Sequence record: DRR723986_4815
DNA: 64,000 bases
Strand: one strand, 5' to 3'
The first letter of the stretch is position 1; every line of letters starts with the position of its first letter. The notes beneath the pieces are model-generated. The model searched no databases. It was given only the letters and a program-made list of their open reading frames with translations, and was not told the origin of the DNA. Below are positions 28,893 through 39,100 of this stretch, piece by piece. Both the position numbers and the translations under genes were made by a program.

Positions 28893-30524
28893 TCACTTTG
28901 CTGATTGTTGATCAGTGATTGATTGCCAGGTGAGATCGAATTTGGCAAGGTACTTCCGCAACCGGTCGGCGTCGTTGGCCTTTTGCTTGGCCAGTCGCGA
29001 CTGGGCGAAGAGCTTTCGTCCTGCCTCAGAAAGTGAATGACTCTTGCGGCAGACAGCAATGACGTCGCTCAACTGGACGAGGTCAAAACGGTCAAGCTGG
29101 CTTGCTTTCTCGGTCGGTAGCACCGACGCAACAGTTTGAATTGCGTTTGCCAGTGAGCCGCCTGCGTCAACTTGGCGATTCTCGCACGCGCCGCGGAGAC
29201 GTACGAGTTCTTGGTCTACGTCGCCTTTGGTGATTCGCCCTGATTCAGCCAGAGTGGCCATTCTCGTGATTGAGCTGCTGAGGTCACGGAAGTTGCCTGG
29301 CCAGGTAGCGGCCGCGCTGGTGGCGTATCGCAAGTAGGCTTCACGAGCTTCTTTGTTGATGGTCACCTTGCGATTTTGTGTCTGCGCGAACCGGTCGAGT
29401 TCAAAGTCGACGTTGGGGTCGATGTCTTCGCGGCGATCGACCAGGCCAGGTAATTCAAATTGCCAGAGGTTGATTCTTGCGAGGAGGTCGTCGCGGAACC
29501 TGCCCGAAGCAACTTCACGTTCTAGGTTCCGATTGGTCCCGCAGATAAGTTGGAAGTCACTCTCGGCGGGATGGTCAGAGCCAACTGGCCAAAACGTTTT
29601 CTCCTCAATGGCCTTTAGTAGCATGGCTTGTTCGTCCAGGCCCAGTTCTCCGATTTCATCCAGGAAGAGTACACCGCCTGATGCAGTCAGAAGCAGGCCG
29701 GCGCGGTCTTGGTCTGCGCCAGTGAACGCTCCTTGTTTGTGGCCGAACAGCGTGGACATGGCTTGTTCGCCACGTAGCGTGGCGCAGTTGACTTCGACAA
29801 ACTGTCCTTCGACCAGATTTCGATTTGCTTTGAGTTTGTAGATTCGTTTTGCAAGGTGACTCTTCCCGGCCCCTGTCGGACCGGTAAGCAAAATTGGTGA
29901 ACGAGTGAGCAAGCAGACCTTTTCAATTTGTTCAATCAGTGCATTGAAGTTCTGGTTCTTGGTCGAGATACCACCCTTCAGCAAGGCGACACTTTGTTGA
30001 ATCTGATCTTGGAAACGCGTCGCCAGGGCATCGTACTTGGAAAGGTCCAAATCGATCGTCTTGATCGTTCCGTGCGCTGGGCCAGTGGATCGCCGCGAAG
30101 GGGATGACTGCAGCAGTTTGCCAGGCAAGTGCCGGGATTCGGTCAGTAGAAAGAGGCAGATCTGGGCTACGTGTGTCCCGGTAGTGATATGAACCAGGTA
30201 GTCTTCTTCGTCGACATCGAACTCGTAGTCGCTAGCGAAGTCGAGCAAGGAAGCAAAGACTTCTTCAAAGTCCCATGGATCGCGGAAGCTGGTTTCGTGA
30301 GCTCGGACCAGTGTCTCTGGCGAGGTTGCTTCGATGTCCGTTTGAATCTGTGCGAGCAGCTTCTCGTGCTTCGCGTCGTAGAGCAACTCAAGCCGGTCAA
30401 CAACGAAATCCTCGTGCTGGCAGATCGCGACACTCGGCCGCCATGCCAGCCAGCGATCACCTCGTTTGGGCGACCTATCGAGAGTCGGCCCCAGTAATCC
30501 AATGACAACAGTAGGTTTAGGCAT
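28893..30524 (-). CDS. rtcR: RNA repair transcriptional activator RtcR (CARF-like domain + sigma54 AAA+)
   Basis: RWLAWRPSV, DPWDFEEV, YLVHITTGTHVAQIC, GPTGAGKS, GAFTGA, NDADRLRKYLAKF. Confidence 0.96.
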   Translation of the reverse strand: MPKPTVVIGLLGPTLDRSPKRGDRWLAWRPSVAICQHEDFVVDRLELLYDAKHEKLLAQIQTDIEATSPETLVRAHETSFRDPWDFEEVFASLLDFASDYEFDVDEEDYLVHITTGTHVAQICLFLLTESRHLPGKLLQSSPSRRSTGPAHGTIKTIDLDLSKYDALATRFQDQIQQSVALLKGGISTKNQNFNALIEQIEKVCLLTRSPILLTGPTGAGKSHLAKRIYKLKANRNLVEGQFVEVNCATLRGEQAMSTLFGHKQGAFTGADQDRAGLLLTASGGVLFLDEIGELGLDEQAMLLKAIEEKTFWPVGSDHPAESDFQLICGTNRNLEREVASGRFRDDLLARINLWQFELPGLVDRREDIDPNVDFELDRFAQTQNRKVTINKEAREAYLRYATSAAATWPGNFRDLSSSITRMATLAESGRITKGDVDQELVRLRGACENRQVDAGGSLANAIQTVASVLPTEKASQLDRFDLVQLSDVIAVCRKSHSLSEAGRKLFAQSRLAKQKANDADRLRKYLAKFDLTWQSITDQQSAK

Positions 30525-30634
30525 AGCTAAAATTATAACAAGCTCGAAGAATATCTAGCAATCGGCCGTGGTTAGTTTTGGGTGGTTTTGCGTAAGTTGT
30601 TGTGCAGAAACGGTTTGTGGTTTCTGAGCAAGTT

Positions 30635-30650
30635 TGGCACACTAGCTGCA
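30635..30650 (+). promoter_or_regulatory. sigma54 -24/-12 promoter of rtcBA
   Basis: TGGCAC-ACTAG-CTGCA with exact GG-N10-GC spacing, between divergent rtcR and rtcB. Inverted repeat CAGAAAC...GTTTCTG lies just upstream at 30605-30626. Confidence 0.85.
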
Positions 30651-30876
30651 GATGTAGCTGTGCCAGATACGGCAGACACATTATGAATGTCGCTCGATTC
30701 TCCGAATCGTGTGCGTTTTCGACTCACAGTGTCGAACGATACTGCGGGCGTCGATCATGTTGGGCTCGGAGGGAACCGCACGCTAGCGCGATGCGGCTGA
30801 TGGGTTCCAATGCGGCGCGCCATCTGCATTCAGAAACGAAACGGCTGCCGGTAGACTGGCTAATCAGGAGAAAACC

Positions 30877-32424
30877 ATGACGACGACGCAACAGCCCGCA
30901 AACAGCTCACCCGAATGCATGACCGCCGAAGAGACGGCGCGACGACTTGGTCGATTCGTGGCGACCGGTGAGGCAACGGCGATGTTGCCGACGCAATCAA
31001 CCAAGCCGATTACGGTAGTCGGTACCGAGGCGATCCGAGCGACCTTTGACGACAAGTGTATTCAGCAAGCGATCAATTCTCGCTTGGCTCCCGGCGTTAC
31101 CGACGTGGTGCTGAATCCAGACGCGCACTGTGGATATGGTGCGCCGGTTGGATGTGTCATGGTTTCGCCAACGCACATCTATCCCGGACCTGTCGGAGTG
31201 GACATCAAGTGCTCGATGAGTTTGCTGCAGTTGGATATTCCCGCTGAAGAGGTCGACGATCGTCGCGTGCGTCGCGAGCTTATTTCGGCTATCTGTCAGC
31301 GTACGCCAACTGGTGCGGGCCGTGGTCAGCGAAGTGTGCCGAAGGCTCGTCACGTCAACCGAACGATTGGACGGCAGGTCGTTGTGGAAGGTGCGAGTGA
31401 ATCGGTCTGCGAGCAACTCGGGATTCCGGCTCATTGGGCAACACGTTGTGAAGACGCGTTTCATGTCGGACACGATGGGACTCCCGATGCTCTGGCGAAC
31501 CGTTTGGACTGGCTCCTTCAGCAGCGCTGGATGGATAACTTCACTAACAAGGTCGCCCAACTGGGGTCCTACGGTGGTGGGAATCACTTTGGCGAGTGCG
31601 AAGTGGTACAAGTTGGCGACGGAGAGCGGGAGCGATCCGTGGCGGAGGCTTTCGGGCTACACGATGGAAAGCTTGCGTTTCTATCGCACTGTGGATCCCG
31701 TGGACTCGGACACAAACTTGCATCAGGGCAATTCAAGACGCTTCAAGGAAAGTTCAAGAAGTGGGATATCCCATTGCCGGGAGAGGATCGTGAGTTGGTT
31801 TACGCGCCGCTTGGGACGCCTGAGGCGAATGCCTACATCGACGATATGTCGCTAGGGGCGAACTTTGCGACGGTGAACCACCTCTTGATCAATGCCCTCG
31901 TTTTGGAAGCATTTCAAGAAGTGATTCCTGGGACGAAGGGAGAGTTGGTCTACTTCATCAGCCACAATATCGCGCGACGTGAGATTGTGGACGGAAAGCG
32001 ATCGTGGGTCCACCGAAAGGGCGCAACGCGTGCTTATCCGGCTGGGCACCCTGGGCTGGCAGAGACACCATTTGCCGATACGGGGCACCCAATCCTTCTG
32101 CCGGGGAACCCGCGTGATGGATCTGCGGTCATGGTGGCTGACCCGGGCGCAGAAAAGTCCTGCTTCAGCGTGAACCATGGTGCGGGTCGCATTATGGGGC
32201 GAAAGCAGGCGATTCGTTCACTTGATCAATCGGTGATCGATTCGGAACTGGATAGTCACGACATCCTAAGCAACTGCCGTCAGTATCCGATGGATGAGGC
32301 GCCAGCAGCTTACAAGGATTTCAATGAAGTGCTTCGGAGCGTCAAGCAAGCTGAACTGGCTAGCGAAGTCGCTCGACTGAAAGCACGATTTGTGATCAAG
32401 GATGGTAGCAAGGCTGATGATTGA
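30877..32424 (+). CDS. rtcB: RNA 2',3'-cyclic phosphate--5'-OH ligase RtcB
   Basis: PDAHCGYG, GVDIKC, GGGNHF, HCGSRGLG, SHN, HRKGATRA, HGAGR, DEAPAAYKD. AGGAG RBS. Confidence 0.95.
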   Translation: MTTTQQPANSSPECMTAEETARRLGRFVATGEATAMLPTQSTKPITVVGTEAIRATFDDKCIQQAINSRLAPGVTDVVLNPDAHCGYGAPVGCVMVSPTHIYPGPVGVDIKCSMSLLQLDIPAEEVDDRRVRRELISAICQRTPTGAGRGQRSVPKARHVNRTIGRQVVVEGASESVCEQLGIPAHWATRCEDAFHVGHDGTPDALANRLDWLLQQRWMDNFTNKVAQLGSYGGGNHFGECEVVQVGDGERERSVAEAFGLHDGKLAFLSHCGSRGLGHKLASGQFKTLQGKFKKWDIPLPGEDRELVYAPLGTPEANAYIDDMSLGANFATVNHLLINALVLEAFQEVIPGTKGELVYFISHNIARREIVDGKRSWVHRKGATRAYPAGHPGLAETPFADTGHPILLPGNPRDGSAVMVADPGAEKSCFSVNHGAGRIMGRKQAIRSLDQSVIDSELDSHDILSNCRQYPMDEAPAAYKDFNEVLRSVKQAELASEVARLKARFVIKDGSKADD

Positions 32425-32570
32425 TCCGTCGTGAGACGGGCGGAATGTCTGCGACACTGGGTGGTTTTGGCCGAGGGTACTCGGGCGACTACCTGGTGTT
32501 GCGGTTCGTTCGGTGTATTTGTTGTTTACACGACCGGGAAAACGCGACTTAGGCGGATACATTGCACACT

Positions 32571-33605
32571 ATGACGGATGCGATACTCATCGACGGTGCC
32601 AAGGGCGAGGGAGGTGGGCAGGTTCTGCGAACGTCGCTCTCGTTGAGTATGTTGACGGGGCGTCCCGTCCGATTAATCAACATTCGTTCCGGGCGCAAGA
32701 AGCCCGGGCTCATGCGGCAGCACTTGACGTGTGTAAAGGCGGCCGCGCAGATATCGTCCGCCAAAGTTCAGGGCGATGCGTTGAATTCGAAAGAGCTGAT
32801 ATTTGAACCAGGGGAAGTAGCTGCTGGCGAGTACTCCTTTCGAATCGGCTCCGCTGGAAGTACGAGCTTGGTTTTGCAGACGGTCTTCCCGGCTCTCGCG
32901 GCCTGCAAGGTGCCCAGCAAGGTGCATCTGGAGGGCGGAACACACAATCCGTTGGCTCCGAGTGCAGACTTCTTAATTGATGTCTTCGCGCCAAGTGCGG
33001 CTCGGTTTGGATTTCCAATTGACGTTGTCCTGCACCGCCATGGTTTCATACCTGCAGGCGGCGGATCGATCAGTGCAACGATTCATCCAGCTAGTGCTCG
33101 CGGCGTGACGCTGCTCCAGCGCGACGGAACGGCGCAGTACTCGTCCAGAGTTCTCCTCTCCCAGTTGGATCGCTCCATCGCCACGCGTGAGATCAAAACG
33201 CTTGTTCGCAGACTGGCGATTGACGAGGATCTGGCCACGATCGAAATGGTTGAGTCCAGTGGGCCAGGGAACGTTGTTCTCGTGGGTGTTCGTTACGATA
33301 ACTGCGCAGAACTGGTTTGCGAGGCTGGGCGGATCGGCATGAAGGCTGAACGAGTTGCCCGGTCGGCAACGGTGGCGCTGCGTAAGTACATTGCCAGCAT
33401 CGCTCCGATTGGCGAGCACTTGGGAGACCAATTGATGTTGCTCGCCGCAATCGCCGCCGGTCAGGGCGAGTCATCAGAGTTGTTGATTCAGCAGTGGACA
33501 AGCCACTGTGAAACGCACCAAATCGTTCTCGAAGCTTTCTTGCCTGTCAGGTTCGAAAGACACGAGCAAGATTCTGCCGTGCGGCTGGTCGTTTCGCCAT
33601 CTTGA
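32571..33605 (+). CDS. rtcA: RNA 3'-terminal phosphate cyclase
   Basis: IDGAKGEGGGQVLRTSL, NIRSGRKKPGLMRQHL, GSTSLVLQ, EGGTHNP, EHLGDQL (adenylylated His). Confidence 0.96.
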   Translation: MTDAILIDGAKGEGGGQVLRTSLSLSMLTGRPVRLINIRSGRKKPGLMRQHLTCVKAAAQISSAKVQGDALNSKELIFEPGEVAAGEYSFRIGSAGSTSLVLQTVFPALAACKVPSKVHLEGGTHNPLAPSADFLIDVFAPSAARFGFPIDVVLHRHGFIPAGGGSISATIHPASARGVTLLQRDGTAQYSSRVLLSQLDRSIATREIKTLVRRLAIDEDLATIEMVESSGPGNVVLVGVRYDNCAELVCEAGRIGMKAERVARSATVALRKYIASIAPIGEHLGDQLMLLAAIAAGQGESSELLIQQWTSHCETHQIVLEAFLPVRFERHEQDSAVRLVVSPS

Positions 33606-34049
33606 CGATCTAAAGCTGGCGAGCAACGCCGCCCATGGCACAAGGTAACTAATTCTGACAGACCCAGGAAATAGTTGCGGTGGCTTGATTTTCTGCAGAA
33701 AAGCCAGTGGCGTTGCGTTGACCGGGTGGACGCATCGTCGTGTGTTGCATCCAGCGCCCGCGAGTGACACTCAGGTGTTTTGTGATGCGATAATCGCCGG
33801 CAGAGAATTCTCTGCGTGCTCCGTCCCCCTTGTTCGGTGGTTTTTTTAGTGCTGGAGATTTGTTATTCTCCGGTGCAAAGGCGAGCGGTCGCTGGAGTGT
33901 GAAATTGTCAGGGTGTCAACTGACCGGGTCTGGGGTCCAATCGATGCAAGTGTGTGTCGGGTATGTGGTTCAGCAAGGTTTGCCACGTGTTGCGACTGAG
34001 ACCTTCGGTCGGCCCATGTGTTGTTGAGCACACGGTGGAGGAATAAGAA

Positions 34050-34076
34050 ATGCTGCATAATGCTGCATAATGCTGC
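34050..34076 (+). repeat. 10-bp tandem repeat (ATGCTGCATA x2.7) spanning a start codon
   Basis: ATGCTGCATA ATGCTGCATA ATGCTGC read directly. Confidence 0.85.
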
Positions 34077-35055
34077 GACGCGAGCTTGGCTTTTCGCGGT
34101 GATTCTGTGCGGAGCGACAGCCGTAACACGGGCGCAATCGACAGAACACAGGTTGAACGACTTTTTTCTGGAGACTAGCGAACACGCTCGCGTTTGCAGC
34201 TTTCTGGTTCACGAAAAAACTGTTGAGGAAACGGGCGGGGATACGCCTAGAATCCATTTCGTCGAGCGAACATTCAGGAAGGTAATCGATAGGGATAAGA
34301 AACTCCTGCGTATCGATTCTCAAACGGAGCAACCAAGCTTAACACCAGGGCAATTCCTGCAGGAGCATTTCCTGGATGTTGGTGAACTGCAGATTAGCGC
34401 AACTGATTTGGACCGTGTCGGCAATATTCGTTCCAGTGTAAAGTCCAATATGGTCGCTCCTTCTGCGGTGCGCTGTAACTTTCTCCATTTGCCTGTCAAT
34501 GCGCAAACGCTGTTTGCAGCTGGAACCCGGATCTCCAACTTCTCAAACGTGGTTCCCATCTTTGACAGAATGCAATCAGATCGGCGACTACAAGGCTATT
34601 TCGCAGCTAAGGGGCTGAGCGATGGTTGTCGTATCACCTTTTCTCGCGAGCCGCATTGGTTGGTTGAGGAGATTGAATTCTTGAAAGGCTCAGAGGATAT
34701 CGATGAGTATTCTCCAAGCCAAGGTCCGCCGTCCAGGGCGCAAATTGAGAAATGGACTTCATACGGCAAAACTGTCACACGGTGGGACAAGGTCGGGAAG
34801 TGGTGGGTGCCCGTGTACATCAGTATGTCAAGTCGGACAGCTTCAATGGAAAATGGAATGAGTCGACCTTTGGAAGGAAGCAGTGAGTTGTTCTTGACTG
34901 ACTGGCGATTCGGCGATGATGTTGACCGTCGCCTCTTGGATAAAGACAATTTCACTGCGGAAAAAATATCAGCAAGCGTCGACTTTGATGCGTGGAATGA
35001 AGAACTTCGCAAGCAGGCGAAGGACCTGATGAAGAAACGGGTAAGACGGCGATAG
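34060..35055 (+). CDS. hypothetical secreted protein
   Basis: Long ORF with a signal-peptide-like start MLHNAATRAWLFAVILCGATAVTRA. No motif recognised. Confidence 0.65.
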   Translation: MLHNAATRAWLFAVILCGATAVTRAQSTEHRLNDFFLETSEHARVCSFLVHEKTVEETGGDTPRIHFVERTFRKVIDRDKKLLRIDSQTEQPSLTPGQFLQEHFLDVGELQISATDLDRVGNIRSSVKSNMVAPSAVRCNFLHLPVNAQTLFAAGTRISNFSNVVPIFDRMQSDRRLQGYFAAKGLSDGCRITFSREPHWLVEEIEFLKGSEDIDEYSPSQGPPSRAQIEKWTSYGKTVTRWDKVGKWWVPVYISMSSRTASMENGMSRPLEGSSELFLTDWRFGDDVDRRLLDKDNFTAEKISASVDFDAWNEELRKQAKDLMKKRVRRR

Positions 35056-35273
35056 CCGCGCTCCAGGCCCTGGCGTGGTAGCTCTTTTCCCCAATTCTGT
35101 TTCGCGACTAAGCAAATCTGTTGGCGAATCGAATACGCGGCCGGAAACCAATTCGTGCAGGTTGACTTTGGGTTGTCCAAGGTTCTATAGTGCCAAATCT
35201 TAGATGATGAATTTGTGAGCGTTGTGGCTCGCGATACGATGGCTACTGTCGGCATGAATAGAGGAATCGCAGA

Positions 35274-35747
35274 ATGAAGAGTTTGAAATACGTTGTTGCT
35301 GGCGTTTTGTTGGTTGGGCTGACGACGAGCATGGCTGTTGCTGGCGGTGCGGTTTCGCTGGAAGGTGTTAAATGCCTGATGGTCGCTAAGAAGGATGCGA
35401 ACAAAGATAAGAAGTCGAAGTGGAAGGACGGCAACGTTTACTTCTGCTGCGACGGCTGTCTCGGCAAATATGAAAAGATGAGCAAGGAAGAGAAAAAGAA
35501 GATTGCTCACAAGGCGAATCATCAGTTGGTTGCAACAAAGCAGTACGTCCAAGGCGGTTGCCCCTTTTCTGGCGGCAAGGTGGACAAAGAGCAGACCATC
35601 AAAGTTATGGGAGCCGAAGTTAGCTTCTGCTGCAGTGGTTGCAAATCGAAAGCGGAGAGCATGAAAGAAGAGCAGCAGCTCACTAAGTTGTTCAGTGAAG
35701 AAGCATTCAAGAAAGCCAAATTTGCGCTCGCAAAGTCTAAGAAGTAA
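35274..35747 (+). CDS. small secreted Lys-rich protein with two YHS/TRASH-like Cys motifs
   Basis: Signal peptide, then KCLM...VYFCCDGC and GCPFSG...VSFCCSGC. Confidence 0.8.
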   Translation: MKSLKYVVAGVLLVGLTTSMAVAGGAVSLEGVKCLMVAKKDANKDKKSKWKDGNVYFCCDGCLGKYEKMSKEEKKKIAHKANHQLVATKQYVQGGCPFSGGKVDKEQTIKVMGAEVSFCCSGCKSKAESMKEEQQLTKLFSEEAFKKAKFALAKSKK

Positions 35748-36187
35748 TGCCGCCGTTCATTGATAGAGTCGGTTTGCCGGATGGCAAGCCGGCTCGTTAG
35801 ACCGAACGAGCTAGTAAGTTGATGGCCGCCAATCAAGTCGATGGCTATCCAGTCGGGGCGAAAGCTATCCAGCCGAGTCTGCCAAGTAAGTTTTGGCAGT
35901 GAAGTGTTCGGTTGTGGTTATTGGGCTCGTTCTCTTGGTTTTTCGGGTTCTTGATTCGATCTTGTGGGCCCGCCGTTGTGCTCTTTTGACCTCGATGGCC
36001 ATTTGGCGAGACCATCGAATGGACTCATTCTGAGTTCGCTTGATTCCTGGGCTAAGCGATTGTCAATTGACCGTTTTGTTGACGCTTCTCTGAGAGACAA
36101 CTAAACTCGACCAGGTTATCTTCGCCCGGGATAACGATTGGCTTCTCTCTTTCTCGTCGCGTTTGAGTCCTTCTTGGGTAGTGTTTC

Positions 36188-39100
36188 ATGCAGCCACGTA
36201 AGCGCTTGCGCGGTTCGAAGGTCTCGACGAAGAGTCGCCGTTGCCGGCTGTTTGAACGTCTTGAACCTCGGGTGGTGCTCGCCGCAGGTGTGGCCGTAGC
36301 CGACTTCCAATTCACCAACCATGGGCTGAACGGCCAGACCGAGCTCTTCTCTCGCGACAGCCACGCGGCAAGTGTAGCCAGTGATATCTCGTCGCCATTG
36401 CCTCTTGGTAGTACCGGCAACGGTGAACCTCCGCGTGGGCTCGCGCTTGGAGGTGCCTTCAACGAGACGAGCGAGCCGACACCAGCCAACAATACCTCAG
36501 ACTATTTCACGTTCACCATCGCACCTGAAACGGGGGAGTCGCTGGACCTCCACGACCTGTCGTTTTCGGTGCGACGTAATGATCCTGATTCAAAGAATAG
36601 TTTTGCAGTCTACTTCGACGAAGATCCCGGCGCGAGCGGAGATAACTTTGCTACCAAACTGTTTGCAGGCGTAGTCACCAGCGAAGATCGATTTGAAAGG
36701 TTCACCGTCCCGCTTGAGGGGATTGCGGAGTTCACCGCGCTGACTCAACCGTTCACGTTCCGCTACTACGCCTGGGGTACCGAAGGCGTTGGGACGCAGC
36801 GAATTGATAATGTTCGCGTTCGTGCTGTTGCAGAAACAGTATCATCCAGCGAGTTCGCCTACTATGGCGACAGCGGTCGATTGATCAATCCGCTTGATGC
36901 ACGCGGCAATCGCATTGCAGATTTCTCAGCCGCCGGCTACCACAACGGTGAGCGGCCAATCCCAAACGTTCTCGAACTGGTTGATGCGTCGCGAGTAGTA
37001 CAGGTCGCTCCGGTTGCTGGCGATGACACGGCTCACATCCAAGCTGCCATTGATCAAGTGGCAGCGATGCCGGTCAATGCGTCCGGGTTTCGCGGTGTCG
37101 TGCAGTTGTCGGCAGGCGAGTTTCAGGTCAGTGGCACATTGGAGATCCTTGAAAGTGGAATCCTATTGCAGGGCGCAGGCGATGGTGACGATCCTGCAAC
37201 TAGCACTATCTTGCGAGGAACTGGAACGGAGCAGCGTTCGCTCCTGCGAATCGGTCAGGCCTCTGGGTTTGCTTCCGGAACGGGAGGTAGCCGCAACATA
37301 TTGGACAAGTATGTTCCGGTTGGCGCGACCAGCTTTCGAGTAGACTCCACGACTAACTGGGATGTGGGCGATAAGATCATTGTCCGTCGACCAAGCACTG
37401 CGGAGTGGATTGCAGCGCTTGGAATGGACCAGATACCACCGCGAAGTGATGGTGGAGAAGTCCGGCAGTGGCAAGCGGGCGATTATGACGAGTTATACGA
37501 AAGGGTTATCACGCGGATTGACGGAAACCTGGTGCACATCAATGCTCCGCTTCACTCTGCATTGGACCAGGAGTACGGTGGTGGTACGGCGTTCGAGTAT
37601 GTTTTTCCGCGGATTCGCGAAGTTGGTGTGGAGGGTATTCGTGGTGTGTCAGATTTCGCTTCTGATACGGACGAAGACCATGCTCGCACCTTCATCGAAC
37701 TGCAGGCGGTAGAAGATGCTTGGGTTAAAAATGTCACTGGGCAACACTTTGTTTATGCAACGGTCCACGCAACCGGTCGGTCGATACGAGTTACCGTTGA
37801 TGACGCGGAGAGTCTTGATCCCAAATCGTTGATTACCGGCGCGCGGAGGTATCCGTTCGTAATCGATGGTCAGTTCATCTTGATGCGGAATCTCTACTCA
37901 GAAGAAGGTCGGCATGACTTCGTAAACAACTCGCGGTATCGGAATCGCGGTCCCAACGTTTTCCTTGACGGTGTTGCGGTCAATTCGCATTCGTCCACTG
38001 GCCCACACCAGCGATTTTCGACGGGCACTTTGTATGACACAATCACGACCGACAACGAAACGGAAGCTCGCAACCGTGGCAACTTCGGATCAGGCCATGG
38101 TTGGGGCGGAGCCAACATGGTGTTCTGGAACAATATCGCGACTCGTTACCGCGTGCAGAATCCTCCAACGGCACAGAATTGGCTGATCGGTTCAGTTGGA
38201 ACGATTGTTGACGAGCAGCGTTTCGGCCCTCAGCCGCCGCCGACGGTTGACGCTCACGGAACTCCGATTGACTTCGGTGATCCTAGGAATCCGACAAGTA
38301 GTCTTTACGTTGCGCAGAGAAACAGAGCAGATGACGACAACGCTCTGGGCCTTAGTCGCCGCGAATACGTACTTGGTGATTTTGACCTAGGACAATTTGA
38401 TGGACTGGCAAGTGATGACAGCGTTTTTGTGGATGCCACCTGGATGAGTCAGGTTGCAGGCATCGCTGGAAGTCTTCCTGTCGAAGTCTCGGATCAAAGC
38501 ACCGATGGGCACGTTGTCCCGTTAAGTTTTGAGTTCCCGCTCGGGCAGCAGCAGAGCGTTTTTGCGGCGGTGCTAACGCTTGGGCTTAGGGGCACGGGAG
38601 GGCCAACCGCGGACGATACTTTGTACTTCGATAGTCTGGGTGACGCTCGTACCTTGCAATCACTGGGTGCTAGTCAGCTTGCAGTTGGAACCACCACGCC
38701 GCTGACTGTTGAACTGACCGGCGAAGATCTAGTCTTGCTGGACGACGGACTGCTCAACCTGGCAATCTCTGGAAACACCGCCCTCGATTGGGCGCATCTA
38801 GATCTGCGCGTCGGTATTCAGCAATCGCTTTCTTTGGATCTGTCGGCAGACACGGTTCGTGAAAATGGTAGCGTTTCAGGAAGAGTCACCATCGATCGAG
38901 CTGTGGACTATCCGGTCGTAGTTTCGTTAACGAGCAGCAACATCCAAGAGGCGTCGGTGCCGGCGACCGTAGAGATTCCCGCCGGGCAAACTCAATCGGC
39001 CGAGTTCGCGATTCTTGGTGTTGATGAGGGGCGATTCGATGCAGTTGAATCTGTCACCATCACTGCGACCGCCGCGCAGCACACGCTGGCAAGCAGCACG

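Noticed and set aside
30661-30876. tRNA or Y RNA call for the rtc leader
   Set aside because: No TTCRA T-loop, acceptor stem or Ro-binding helix could be identified; kept only as an unnamed structured candidate.
30602-30880. 92-aa ORF upstream of rtcB
   Set aside because: Starts upstream of, and spans, the sigma54 promoter; no RBS or motif.
34596-35552. 318-aa minus-strand ORF
   Set aside because: Overlaps two plus-strand genes that have signal peptides and RBSs; composition is not protein-like.
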